Source: a virus
Lineage: Duplodnaviria; Caudoviricetes
Virus record (IMG/VR): IMGVR_UViG_3300017777_001411
Coordinates: 1 to 42,397 of that record
DNA length: 42,397 bases
Direction: 5' to 3' (one strand)
Shown here: in pieces, positions 9,001 through 18,367 of the stretch
How positions within the stretch are numbered: the first letter of the stretch is position 1
Layout: every line of letters starts with the position of its first letter
The notes under the pieces: generated by a model
What the model was told of the DNA's origin: nothing
What the model saw: the letters and a program-made list of their open reading frames with translations, nothing else
The model's database searches: none
Program-made: the position numbers and the translations under genes

Positions 9001-12000
9001 TCGGGGGTTGCGGGTTTTTATAATGACACAGCCCGCTTAGTTAGACTTATTACAAGTAAAGATTCAGCCACCGGTAAATACTCTGGCACAGACCTACTTG
9101 TTGCCGTGCATGAAATTATGCACCATATGGAGCGTATGCTCCCTAGTGAACTACGTGCGTTAATCCGTAATGAGTGGCGGGTGCAACTTCAAAAGGCGAT
9201 GGATAAAGCCGATAAAGAAGGAAATCAAAACCTTATTAAATACCTTGCGCTAGTATCGCTTGGTAATACCTCGCAATCCTCGGCTGCGCTGAAACTTGCA
9301 GAGAATATGATTAAGGAAGGGACCGTAGATAAAACGTTTTATTCCTTAATGAACCCATCAGAGTTCTGGGCGGTCAACGGTTCTGACATTCTTTTCGGGC
9401 GCTACACTGCTAAAACCAGATTTGAGAAGCTTCGTCAGTATTTTAAAGAGTTTATTGAAGCAGTTAAAAGTATTTTTGGTTTGGATTCCAACGACCCAAT
9501 CATCAAAGGACTTAATGCAGTTCTTAAAGGTGATGCTACTTTTGTACAAAAGCAGATGCTTTCGGAAGGGGTTAGTGGGCTATACCCATCCTTGGGGCAG
9601 CAAGGGAAAGCCACGCCGGAAGAAAAATTTGAGGAACAATTCGCCAGTGCTGGGGACTTACGTCCTGATGTAGTAGCAGCAATCCAAAACAACGACCTGA
9701 ATGGAGCATTAAATATTCTTGCCGGTCGGCTCGGTGGGTTTTACGGTGAGCTTGCGGCTAAGTTGGCCTCGCTTGACCTGAAAACTTCTATTGTGTTTGA
9801 CAACGGGGCTAACCTAGCGCAACGGGGTATAGAGCAAACAGTTGGGCCACAGCTTGAGCGGATAATGAATTACATTCGGGTGGCTAACCCCGACTTCTAC
9901 AACAACTGGTTTGAAAACTACGACCGCTCAGAAAATATAATGCGGGTGAGAACCGGTATCGGCGCACTTAGTTTTGACACTCTTAATGCTAAAAAAGGCA
10001 AATACTACTATCCGGAAATTAGTAGTGAAATTAAAGATGTAGGCGCGAAGATGCAAGATTACGTAACCGCTGTTAATGCCGCCGGTGCGTACTTTAATCT
10101 CTTTGATACTATTACCCTCAATACTAAACAAATGAAGGGTATTGGTAACCGCACGTTCTTACATGAAGTTGTTCATGCGGCCACTGTGTCGTTAATGCGG
10201 GCAGACCCTTCGCAGCTTACTAAAGAACAACTTGCGGCCCGCGAAGAACTTATTAAAGCATATGAGTTTGCGCAAAAAAACATAAAGGTTAATGAGTACG
10301 GACTTACTAATAAATTTGAGTTTGTTGCTGAACTGTTTACCAATGACCAGTTCCGTAAGTTATTACGCGGTATACCTTACGCCCCAGCAAAAACTAATAT
10401 CTTATCTCGTTTCTTTAACGCAATTTTAAAATTAGTCGGTGCAGGTAACCTTGCCAGCACGGCAATGACTGAGGCGGAGAAACTATTTACTTCTACTCGG
10501 TATCAAGAAGCCAAACCAATAGGGCCGCTGTTTGCTCAAGCACCTAAAAAGAAACGGGTACGTGGGCCTATATCTACCCCAGATACATACCGCACCGCAA
10601 ATGAAAATCAGAACACGCTTCTTGGTGTAATTAAAGATGCGGCTAGTGGACAGATGCAATGGAGTGACGCACGTAAGATATTGCTTCCTGCTGTTTGGGA
10701 AGCTGCCAATGTTAATACAAGAAAGACATTACTCTATGTAGCCAACCTTACTCAACTGGAAGATTTGACCCGGACTAAGTTCTCTCAACTAACTGGTGCG
10801 CTGAAGATCATCCGAGACATGGTTGCCTATCGTGCTAAGAAGTTAAACGTGGCGTCCGACATAACCCGTCGGTGGGTTGCTGCACAATCTAAAAACTACA
10901 ACCAGTCCCAGCTTATGGGGCGCATCATGCTTGAGGCTACGATCCGAGGGATTGACCCAGACACGGCGCAATCAGGCACACTCAACAAGCCACTGCAAGA
11001 TGCTTGGAATACTTTGAACCCAGATTTTAAGCAGATATACAGGGATGTACGTAACTTCTACACTGACTCGGTCAATGAGATGATCAAGGAGATGAAGCTA
11101 CGTGCAAGCCAGATTACTGACTCTGCGCAACGTGATGAACTGCTACGTAAAATTGACGCTCAATTCGGCCCAGATAAACTGATCAAGCCTTACTTCCCGA
11201 TGCGTCGATTTGGCGAGTATTGGTTCCAAGTAGGTAGTGGCAACTTCAAGGAGTTTTACGAGTTTGAAAGCCCGATTGCGCGAGAAGTCGCTATGCGTAA
11301 GCGTATTGCCCAACTGTCAAAAGGTAACAAGCAACAACAAGCTTTGGCAGATACGATACGAAAAGGTAACGGTATCTCAGCGTTGTATGGTCAGAACCGT
11401 GGGACCACGCAGGTACTTAACGACGTTAATGAATTAGTACAAAACATCTCTGCTACCGACGTTGCTGATTTAAAAGTTCAGTTGGAAGATAGTTTGAATC
11501 AGCTTGTCTATCTGCTGCTCCCACAGCAAAGTATGCGGAAAATGTTCATTAACCGTAAAGCTATTCAAGGTGCCAGTGCCGACATGCTGCGTGTATTTGC
11601 CACAAGTGCGGTGCATAGCGCGTATCAGCAGTCTCGATTTAAGTTTGCAGAAGGATTCATAACAAACTTGAACAACGCTCGTGACGAAATAGATGGCGCA
11701 GAGAAATCCGGTGCCCTTAATCGTGACCAAGCTGCGGTCTATAGAGACTTTATTGCTGAAGTAGAGAAGCGTGTCCCAACTATTATGAGTAACGAGGACA
11801 CCAGCTTTACTGCACAAGCAGCAAGTAAGGCATCGGAATTAACGTTCTATTACATGCTTTCGGCCCCATTCACAGCGATGCTGAACCACATTGGCGCGGT
11901 GCAAATTGCAATGCCTTATCTAGGCGGTACTTATGGATACGTAAAAGCAAATGCAGTACTACTAAAGAACATGGGTAGGTATCTAGCTACTACCCCCTCA

Positions 12001-13647
12001 CGAACTTTTGCTCCCCTTGCCAAAGGGCAGCTTATGCAAGTCAACTTCCCTTCTATTGTGGAGGGTGGAAAGCTTGATCCGTTGATGCAACGTGCTGCTG
12101 ATCGTTTTATAGACGATGGTCAGATCGATATATCCATGACAAATGACATCATGGACTTAGGAGGTCGTCCTTCAGAGATGTACACCGGCGTTAGCGCAAA
12201 TATTAAAAAGGCTATGTCAGGCTTGTTCCATCAGTCTGAACGTCTGAACCGTGAAGTATTTTTACTTTCTACTTTTGAACTTGCTTACGAAAAATACTCA
12301 AATGACTTCCAACGTCAGCCGGGTATGGAGGGTTTGAAAGGGGTAAACATTCGTGATGCGCAAGGTAACAAGATAAAGAATACCCCCGACCAAGCGTTCG
12401 AACTTGCTATTGAAGAAGCCACGCGCACAGTTGCGCTTACCCTTGGCGACTACTCTCGGCAGATGAAGGGCCGCGTGTTTGCAAACCCAGTGATGAACGT
12501 ACTGTTGAAGTTTAAACAGTACCCAATCATGGCTTTGTATATATCGTGGCGCAACTTCCATTTAGGTGCGGTTGCCCCATTTCAAAAAGCCGAGCTAGAT
12601 CAATACCGTACGTTACTTGAAACAGAACTATCTAATGCACCGAATAAAGACGAGATTATTGAACAGCGGATGCAGGAAGTAGAAGACCAACGTAAGGCTA
12701 TGCACAAAGAAGGTCGTCGTCGCCTTGCAGGTATTTTTGGTATGAGTATCCTTTTTGGCGGTGTAGCCGCTACACCTATCTTCTCTCTTGTCATCGGCAC
12801 TCTCGTTAAGATGTTTGGTAACGACGACGATGATGAGTTCTTCGACTGGGAGAACTGGTTCTATAACTACATGGAGACGGAGTTTGGTGGGTACGCTGCC
12901 GCTATGCTGACCTCTATGGGTATGGAAGAAGACAAAGCGGAGAAGGTTGGCCGTGCAACTGGAGAGGTTGTTTCTCGTGGTGTGCCAACTTTACTAGGTG
13001 CCAATCTGTCAGACCGAGTCAGCCTCGACCCTAAAAACCTGCTCTGGAGAGACGGTCGATATTCCCCAGATATACGCGAGAACGTTATCGAAACTATGAT
13101 CGCCAACGCCGGTCCCGTCGTGGGATTAGCACTTAATTTTGCAGACGCCGCCCAGCTAATTAAAGAAGGGCAGTACGCACGGGCGGCAGAGAAGCTAACC
13201 CCAGCAATAATAGCCAAGCCTTTATCCGCTGTTCGTATGAGCGAGGAAGGTGCTAGAACCAAAGGCGGGGATGTGCTATTAAACGACCTTACCGCTACCG
13301 AATTGGCTATGCAAGCAATAGGTTTGCAGCCGGATCGCCTCGCCCAAAAACAAAAAGCTGCCGTTGCTATGAAGCAGAAAGAACAGAAAATTAAGGATGA
13401 GCGTTCGGCAATCATGAACCGGCTATGGCTTGAGCGAGATAACCCAGAAGGCTTTTCGGACGCGCTTGACCGTGCAATTGAGTTCAGCGCAAAACATCCG
13501 GGAGTGCCTATTACTGGAGAAAAAATTAATAAATCATTCCAGAAGAGAGCTAGACGCGCTGCGGAAGTTGAGGCCTTCGGTGCCGATCTAGATAAGAAAC
13601 TCCGTCCAGAGCTTATGGACATGGGTGACTTTGCAGACGATGAATAA
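6082..13647 (+). CDS. giant internal virion (polyvalent-type) protein with two zincin HExxH motifs
   Basis: 2521 aa. N-terminal NPFAKY repeats; HEIMH (9109-9123) followed by SEFWA; HEVVH (10162-10176) followed by FEFVAE; hydrophobic segment near the C-terminus. Last gene of the structural operon. Confidence 0.75.
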   Translation: MANPFAKYAQPQQEEQNPFAKYAAPQPPAAPPEEQNPFAKYAPAPVVTSGPNPFAVEGAPTEAPVEKSSLYELPKALVRETINLKGMYAGNLQRQAALGMQVPELALQTLNKIDAGEIKSAKELHGVLGTRKLPNAEEMLTGRETAQVNLRAFDAANDYLKASPEERKAIRTQLQTQLQEQAKSLSEAVELGQETKKQAAPYEARVKSLFDIKDIPDALSYVGSTVGGAFPQVVPMIAAGVLTRGNIVGPVAVGGGMELGAGTQTRVDFIADKIKDEPSPEKRVAQISKYIQDTADVTITAAIINGALDAILGPEKDIAKALAANTLKDLTRKEIIKAIPKAAASSGAQEFLTGGLQEIVQINAERQLGEQTGDAFTKENIARVVDSAMAEALGGAGVTTAFQASRAAFAKPAVAATDTKEGKAIRGLDALAEQEEKTKAAAEDTTSTPPPAARTVENLTDREVTSIQRRLFAELGRPAEESELLEAFNEYVAEQNAGLGIESGASVAGISDTGAEQPAGTAGISDTGAAATSDTGGLGTSGVSTDQLTDRTTAQPSTLDEAVDAFREADDVRQSTLEELNKLRSAVEDLGYEVEDLGYEEDQDGLNAMLTAAKARFNEASAAADAAYNIYEQFSNQAIESTEGIPSQEDVEAAQPKSEEVLDAEALFEAQRQGDYQDAINAGYDELDQQEQGIQETPATDVAALETEERARNDEFRRIEGEQKALLTKAGRIPAKNSPARKKYDELEKQRIEAYWNWTASEKKLMDAKTAQETGVNIDQVIAENVQEFIDAYPDSDYEVADYDAQVTKLQTALRSLGVTDNKILKSAAVKFDEVLMSKENDGGGIFKSLSSSLTTAVSPLVGILPLNKFGINRLNKLFNDGKITAQEYAERMTKLFEDMEDKATKKAMTQGFNRQRGFGTVIKALEDAAKKGRITPETAKFAIWLLTKNPAIANDLAISISMPKSARFRESMSGVAGFYNDTARLVRLITSKDSATGKYSGTDLLVAVHEIMHHMERMLPSELRALIRNEWRVQLQKAMDKADKEGNQNLIKYLALVSLGNTSQSSAALKLAENMIKEGTVDKTFYSLMNPSEFWAVNGSDILFGRYTAKTRFEKLRQYFKEFIEAVKSIFGLDSNDPIIKGLNAVLKGDATFVQKQMLSEGVSGLYPSLGQQGKATPEEKFEEQFASAGDLRPDVVAAIQNNDLNGALNILAGRLGGFYGELAAKLASLDLKTSIVFDNGANLAQRGIEQTVGPQLERIMNYIRVANPDFYNNWFENYDRSENIMRVRTGIGALSFDTLNAKKGKYYYPEISSEIKDVGAKMQDYVTAVNAAGAYFNLFDTITLNTKQMKGIGNRTFLHEVVHAATVSLMRADPSQLTKEQLAAREELIKAYEFAQKNIKVNEYGLTNKFEFVAELFTNDQFRKLLRGIPYAPAKTNILSRFFNAILKLVGAGNLASTAMTEAEKLFTSTRYQEAKPIGPLFAQAPKKKRVRGPISTPDTYRTANENQNTLLGVIKDAASGQMQWSDARKILLPAVWEAANVNTRKTLLYVANLTQLEDLTRTKFSQLTGALKIIRDMVAYRAKKLNVASDITRRWVAAQSKNYNQSQLMGRIMLEATIRGIDPDTAQSGTLNKPLQDAWNTLNPDFKQIYRDVRNFYTDSVNEMIKEMKLRASQITDSAQRDELLRKIDAQFGPDKLIKPYFPMRRFGEYWFQVGSGNFKEFYEFESPIAREVAMRKRIAQLSKGNKQQQALADTIRKGNGISALYGQNRGTTQVLNDVNELVQNISATDVADLKVQLEDSLNQLVYLLLPQQSMRKMFINRKAIQGASADMLRVFATSAVHSAYQQSRFKFAEGFITNLNNARDEIDGAEKSGALNRDQAAVYRDFIAEVEKRVPTIMSNEDTSFTAQAASKASELTFYYMLSAPFTAMLNHIGAVQIAMPYLGGTYGYVKANAVLLKNMGRYLATTPSRTFAPLAKGQLMQVNFPSIVEGGKLDPLMQRAADRFIDDGQIDISMTNDIMDLGGRPSEMYTGVSANIKKAMSGLFHQSERLNREVFLLSTFELAYEKYSNDFQRQPGMEGLKGVNIRDAQGNKIKNTPDQAFELAIEEATRTVALTLGDYSRQMKGRVFANPVMNVLLKFKQYPIMALYISWRNFHLGAVAPFQKAELDQYRTLLETELSNAPNKDEIIEQRMQEVEDQRKAMHKEGRRRLAGIFGMSILFGGVAATPIFSLVIGTLVKMFGNDDDDEFFDWENWFYNYMETEFGGYAAAMLTSMGMEEDKAEKVGRATGEVVSRGVPTLLGANLSDRVSLDPKNLLWRDGRYSPDIRENVIETMIANAGPVVGLALNFADAAQLIKEGQYARAAEKLTPAIIAKPLSAVRMSEEGARTKGGDVLLNDLTATELAMQAIGLQPDRLAQKQKAAVAMKQKEQKIKDERSAIMNRLWLERDNPEGFSDALDRAIEFSAKHPGVPITGEKINKSFQKRARRAAEVEAFGADLDKKLRPELMDMGDFADDE
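7839..7880 (+). repeat. exact 21-bp tandem duplication
   Basis: GGTTGAAGATCTTGGGTATGA twice, encoding VEDLGYE twice. Confidence 0.9.
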
Positions 13648-13680
13648 AAAAACCCCCGGCCAAGAAGGAGTGCCGGGGGT
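13646..13680 (-). terminator. rho-independent terminator between convergent operons
   Basis: Stem ACCCCCGGC/GCCGGGGGT (13652-13660 / 13672-13680) with a T7 tract on the minus strand. Confidence 0.85.
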
Positions 13681-13729
13681 AAAGACAGCAGGAGAAGCAA
13701 CGTGAAAGCAACGTCGCGCTCCCATAATA

Positions 13730-13927
13730 CTACCGAACTCTCCAAACTCGCAAGCCACGTATACCTTCCTCGATTACAATCTTACTAATTACTTTGTAGC
13801 CGAGTCGGCGTGAGATTTGCTTAACATCTTCTTTGGCTTGATATGCGTGTATACAAGGAACAAAGAAGGAAGAGTTTATACAAAACTTTTTCCAGTTAAC
13901 CGTGTACGTGACTCCATCAACTACCAT
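13730..13927 (-). CDS. small hypothetical protein downstream of primase
   Basis: 65 aa, overlaps the primase stop, ends GIRGLRVWRVR. Confidence 0.65.
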   Translation of the reverse strand: MVVDGVTYTVNWKKFCINSSFFVPCIHAYQAKEDVKQISRRLGYKVISKIVIEEGIRGLRVWRVR

Positions 13928-16778
13928 CAGTGCCGGTGGCTATCGCTGGGCTATCTTGATCTAAAGCAGAATCGGCGTTGGCTGCACCAATATACGTATC
14001 AGGATCAAGGAAATCACCACGGGCGCAGTCAAACACGTAGGTATCTACCGGCGGAGTGCTAGATAGCTTAGTGCCCTTAGACATCCGCTTCTTAACTGTG
14101 CCGACATAGACTCCTTCCGCTGCCAATGCGTTCAGCACATCTTTGAGCGTGATCTGGTTCTTAGAGCAGTACTCCCTAAACTTCTTGGAGACAAGGAACA
14201 GCTTCTGAGTATCCGGCTCCATGCGCACCGTCAACTCCCCTCGTGGCTCCAGAATCGGCAATAACTCAACCCCCGTGCGTTTATCGATCTCGTCGTTAAT
14301 TACCAAGGTATTCTGACGCTGCTCGTTCCAGTACTCTCCTATCACACTAGCGTAGCTAGATGCTGGGGGCTTAATCTCCTGACGCATCTGGGTAAACTCT
14401 TTGACCATCCACTTAAACACGTTGCCGACATCGATGTCGATCAAGCCAAGCCTACGGGCGAACATAGCACCTGCGATATTGCAAGCTGCCACGCCTGACC
14501 AGAAGCGCTCTCGGTTTGTGAAGCCAATCTTGCGGTCAATCAGAAGCTGGATGTCCTTAACCTCTTTGATACGTTCCTCAAGGTTGCAAACCAAGTCACG
14601 GATGTAGATACGCCCCGCATGACCGTAGTTGGAGTACAGCTTGGGGAATAACTCGTCGGCTTCCTCTTTTGTTAGCACCTTAGTTTCAGGGATGCTGTAT
14701 TCAATTACCCGCATCAGCTCACCGTCTGCCGTTGCCTTCAAGGACTTCAGCTTGTCCACTGCCGAAGCGTTTGACGAACACAGGACGATTGTTTCCCATC
14801 TGGCAAAATTACTACGCTCGGCGTTAACACTGGACTGCATCCTAGCCCTACCCCTACCCTGCGAAGCGGCATATGACAGGTCGGAGAACTCCTCTGGGGA
14901 CATTTTAGTAAGCTCATCACAGCCAAGAGCGAGGTTGTTCATTACGCCCAGACGGTGCAGCTTGACGTTCATGGTGTCTCGCTGAATAAGCATTATTTCT
15001 TCTGGGTGCCCGTAGATGCTGTGCATCGCCTTTATTGCTGTGGTCTTACCGGTGCCAGACTGATTGTTAATCATGTTAATCAAGGCACCTTTCAAGTTCA
15101 GATGCTTCAATAATGGTGCGCCGAATCCGGTAAAGAACCCGAAAGCCATAGGCTCAAGCCCCGGCATACCATACACATTAACGACGGTCTTCCACTCTTC
15201 CAACGATCCTACTGGGATAAAGTAGTCGGCCAAGGGTGCGGTGTAACTTGATGGGGGACTATAGCGGTCGCCATCTGCACAAATCTCGGTGTCGCCAACA
15301 ACGAACGAACGGTTACTATCTGTCCAACCAAACTGAGTACGCATAATGTCTGCTCCTTCTCTGCATTGCAGTTCTTTTGTAAATCTGACTATGTAGGCCA
15401 TGATCGCTTCCATCTGTTTCTTCATAGCGATAACGCCAAACCATGCCAACTTTTCTCGCAACTTCTCTGTGGTCAGCAGGTCAACTGCTGGTAATGCAAA
15501 CTCCCGCACACCATCTTTGGGGGTGTGCAATCGCATCCAGACAACTTCACCATGCTGTGGGTCTTTCATACGCTTTACTACATACAGGTCATGCTCGTAA
15601 ATAAGCGCGGCATCATCATCCTCATCATCTGACTTCCTGTACACCCCACCGGTTTTCCCGCGAAAGTAGGGGTATGGGTACTCAGGCACGGTATAAGTCA
15701 CCGGCTTGCTTACGTCTGATGCAGTAAACTGAATGACGTTATCTTCTGGGTCTGCCGCCACAATCTCCTGCCCAAGAACGATAGGAGAAGTAATCTTGCC
15801 TTTGTTTGGGCAGTCGCCACATACGCCCGGATGAATCTTGTCAAACGCATCGCAGGTATACGGCCCTTTGATTCTTACTGCTTTCTCTGCTGTCACTACG
15901 GGAGAATAGTCAGGGTGCTTGGAAGAGATGTCATGGATAGCTTCGTCCATATCAACGCAGTGAGCCGCTATAGATAGCGCGGCCCGCCAACGAGGTTCTT
16001 CTAAACTTTCCTGATCTGCAATCGCCGAAGCCAACTGCGGACATGCGCCATCACGCTCAACCTTCATCATGATGGTGGAGAACCGAGACTGCTTATTCCC
16101 CATCAACGACTTTGTTAACTCATTAATCTGAGTACGTGCGTATTCTGGTACTTCTTCTAGCGCACCTACTACCCCTTTAAATTCTTCGTAACTAGTCTCC
16201 ACCCCGTTGCACATCAGCACCACATCTAGCGGAGGATCGCCTTTGGTGTTGAGAGTTCCGGGGATACGGAGTATTGATGCTGCGTCAGCAGTACGTGCTG
16301 GGTCTGCGTGAAGTCCACGTTCATGGCAGATGACTTTTAACCTATCAGCAACGGCTTTCCATTGCAGTCTAGTTATAGCTTCCTTAAGTGGCCAATAAAC
16401 ATGCACCCCACGACCAGAGTTAACTAGTGTCGGTTTTGGCAAGCCGAGGTCAGCGCAGAAGTGTTTAAGGGCTTGCACCCCATCACCCTGTGTTTCGTAT
16501 GGCTTACCTTCACCGCAGTCGATATCCAACCAGAACGCTTTGATGTTCTTAACGTTGTCTGTTGTGCGGGTGCTGTTTACTTCATACTTGGAACAAGCAA
16601 AATAAACATCATAATGCTTTGCTAGTAAATCATCTATTTCTGTTTCAACTTCCTCTAAAGACTGCACGAAAATCTGCTTCGGCATTCCGGTCTTCTTTAG
16701 ACCTACCACGCAGTACCATCCTTCATCGGAGAGTACTGCGGACAACAAGTCTGTTCTTGCCATTTTTATCGCCGCCAA
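13917..16778 (-). CDS. primase-helicase (AEP/RepB-like primase, Cys-rich domain, DUF927-like P-loop helicase)
   Basis: WLDIDC, SGRGVHVYW and ILRIPGT primase motifs; Cys-containing EPRWRA...GPYTC...CGDC segment; Walker A SGTGKT. Confidence 0.85.
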   Translation of the reverse strand: MAAIKMARTDLLSAVLSDEGWYCVVGLKKTGMPKQIFVQSLEEVETEIDDLLAKHYDVYFACSKYEVNSTRTTDNVKNIKAFWLDIDCGEGKPYETQGDGVQALKHFCADLGLPKPTLVNSGRGVHVYWPLKEAITRLQWKAVADRLKVICHERGLHADPARTADAASILRIPGTLNTKGDPPLDVVLMCNGVETSYEEFKGVVGALEEVPEYARTQINELTKSLMGNKQSRFSTIMMKVERDGACPQLASAIADQESLEEPRWRAALSIAAHCVDMDEAIHDISSKHPDYSPVVTAEKAVRIKGPYTCDAFDKIHPGVCGDCPNKGKITSPIVLGQEIVAADPEDNVIQFTASDVSKPVTYTVPEYPYPYFRGKTGGVYRKSDDEDDDAALIYEHDLYVVKRMKDPQHGEVVWMRLHTPKDGVREFALPAVDLLTTEKLREKLAWFGVIAMKKQMEAIMAYIVRFTKELQCREGADIMRTQFGWTDSNRSFVVGDTEICADGDRYSPPSSYTAPLADYFIPVGSLEEWKTVVNVYGMPGLEPMAFGFFTGFGAPLLKHLNLKGALINMINNQSGTGKTTAIKAMHSIYGHPEEIMLIQRDTMNVKLHRLGVMNNLALGCDELTKMSPEEFSDLSYAASQGRGRARMQSSVNAERSNFARWETIVLCSSNASAVDKLKSLKATADGELMRVIEYSIPETKVLTKEEADELFPKLYSNYGHAGRIYIRDLVCNLEERIKEVKDIQLLIDRKIGFTNRERFWSGVAACNIAGAMFARRLGLIDIDVGNVFKWMVKEFTQMRQEIKPPASSYASVIGEYWNEQRQNTLVINDEIDKRTGVELLPILEPRGELTVRMEPDTQKLFLVSKKFREYCSKNQITLKDVLNALAAEGVYVGTVKKRMSKGTKLSSTPPVDTYVFDCARGDFLDPDTYIGAANADSALDQDSPAIATGTDGS

Positions 16779-16786
16779 TGCCGAGG

Positions 16787-17029
16787 TTAAATGGAGAACT
16801 TAGCTTGTTTCAGCATGTTCCATATCTTTTCGGAGTTAATTTTACGAGGCAACCATTCCCCTACAAACCACTTGTAAATGGTCATCCTACTAACGCCAAA
16901 GTATTCGGCTACATCTGAAACAGGAATTTCTTTGGTAATGCAGAAGCGCCCCAACGCAACGCCGGGGCTTTCCACACTAGCCGCTAAGTTCGCTTTGATG
17001 ATTCGAGAAGCGTAACCACGGTTGTCCAT
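16787..17029 (-). CDS. Cro/XRE-like helix-turn-helix protein
   Basis: VSDVAEYFGVSRMTIYKWFVG matches an HTH pattern. Confidence 0.8.
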   Translation of the reverse strand: MDNRGYASRIIKANLAASVESPGVALGRFCITKEIPVSDVAEYFGVSRMTIYKWFVGEWLPRKINSEKIWNMLKQAKFSI

Positions 17030-17031
17030 AA

Positions 17032-17892
17032 TTAATCATCAGTTGACCAACTACTGATCACCTCTGAAAAGTCCTTCTTAGCAGCGGGTTCAATGTCCTT
17101 CTTTGCAGTGCGTTTAATAGGCTCTGAAACGTCTTCAGTTTTTTCAACTTTGACCGGTGCCGATATTTTCTTCTTTACACCGTCTGTCGTAGCCGGAGTC
17201 TGCGCAATAGCTGCCTTCGCTGCTGGGCTATCACCTTTTTCACGGGCGGTTTCCCACTGCTCACGGGTCAAGAACTTCACTGGCTTGAACGTCAGCTTTG
17301 GAGTATCGGAGTCCGAGTCCAAACGCATCTCTGTTATGAGGGTGTTGATGTTCTTACCCTGTGAACCAACGTACTTGGCATACTGCTGGAACGGCATCTT
17401 GTCTACATCGCCACGCCCAAAGATCGACGTAGACGGCAGCGTGAGTTGGTATATATCTCCACCAATATCATCAGCCAGCAGAACAGCAAGACGTTGTTGG
17501 AATCGGCAAGCGCGGGAGTCACCATTACCAGAACCTTTAACGTTCTGTGGGCAACCTTCGCAGGTTTCGCCTTGTGGGGATTCAATGCTTGCGTCAGGGC
17601 GCTTACCATCATTTGACCAGCAGTCAGGTGCCGATGCTTCACCGGCGACGTACTTACCTTCATAGTATTGACGGGCAATATCACGGCCACCGTTAACGAT
17701 GACAACGTTCATTGCACGATTCTCGTTCTTTGCAACTTCTTCACCCGATACCATGAGACGGAACACGCCCCCACGAATCGAGATACGCTTGGTAGATGTA
17801 TTACCAGCAAGTGATTTAGTCAGGTCATCAAGCTCAACTTCTTTGAGGTAGTCGGGCAGGTTGTTTGATTGAAACAGTGTAATGTCGCTCAT
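17032..17892 (-). CDS. putative single-stranded DNA-binding protein
   Basis: RISIRGGVF, PDCWS, CEGCPQN and ACRFQQRLAV motifs; acidic/aromatic C-terminus (WSTDD); replication-module context; RBS AGGAG. Confidence 0.6.
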   Translation of the reverse strand: MSDITLFQSNNLPDYLKEVELDDLTKSLAGNTSTKRISIRGGVFRLMVSGEEVAKNENRAMNVVIVNGGRDIARQYYEGKYVAGEASAPDCWSNDGKRPDASIESPQGETCEGCPQNVKGSGNGDSRACRFQQRLAVLLADDIGGDIYQLTLPSTSIFGRGDVDKMPFQQYAKYVGSQGKNINTLITEMRLDSDSDTPKLTFKPVKFLTREQWETAREKGDSPAAKAAIAQTPATTDGVKKKISAPVKVEKTEDVSEPIKRTAKKDIEPAAKKDFSEVISSWSTDD

Positions 17893-17905
17893 TGCGTTCT
17901 CCTAA

Positions 17906-18301
17906 TTACTTACGTTTGATGGTAAATTCATATTCACTATCCACATGCAGTCCGGGCGGGTGTAAGTCTGGGTTACCCTCCATAAAGTCCTTCATGTTTG
18001 TTTGGTGAATACGTTTTTCTAAAAGCCCTAAAGCCGCATGGTCTTGCATAAAACCGTAAAAGCTTTCCCAATCGTTAGTCCAATAACGATTTTTTACTGT
18101 ACGGTATGCGGTGTAGTCGGGAGTAGAAAAAGTGGTAGCGCCAGTCTCTCTAGATAGCTCAAGCAGTTTGTGTTTCAGAACTGCCATTTGATCTTCAAGT
18201 TCGGCGGTGTTTCTTTTATACGCACGATAGATGTCTTCTTTTCTATCGCGGATTTTTACATACGTCTCGATAATTTTATCGATGGGGGCATCAATTGCCA
18301 T
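17906..18301 (-). CDS. hypothetical replication-module protein
   Basis: Start moved to ATG 18301 (MAIDAPID) behind AGGAGAACGCA; the same 14-nt RBS/start sequence precedes the SSB-like gene. Confidence 0.7.
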   Translation of the reverse strand: MAIDAPIDKIIETYVKIRDRKEDIYRAYKRNTAELEDQMAVLKHKLLELSRETGATTFSTPDYTAYRTVKNRYWTNDWESFYGFMQDHAALGLLEKRIHQTNMKDFMEGNPDLHPPGLHVDSEYEFTIKRK

Positions 18302-18336
18302 TGCGTTCTCCTTTGTTCGGCAATAGCCGATTTCGT

Positions 18337-18364
18337 ATACTACCATACTTCTTTACATTGTCAA
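18337..18364 (-). promoter_or_regulatory. sigma70-like promoter
   Basis: TTGACA-16 nt-TAGTAT with an extended -10 TG, in the intergenic gap. Confidence 0.6.
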
Positions 18365-18367
18365 GAA

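Noticed and set aside
6082-13647. Virion RNA polymerase as in N4 or crAss-like phages
   Set aside because: No recognisable polymerase catalytic motifs by eye, and strong host sigma70 promoters are present.
12867-13745. 292-aa antisense ORF, and similar shadow ORFs such as 31208-31987 and 39833-40504
   Set aside because: Antisense to well-supported genes, with no motifs or RBS.
17615-17630. TGAC-N5-GTCA inside the SSB-like gene as a further motif copy
   Set aside because: Only the inner core matches and the outer GAC/GTC are missing; one such hit is expected by chance in 42 kb.
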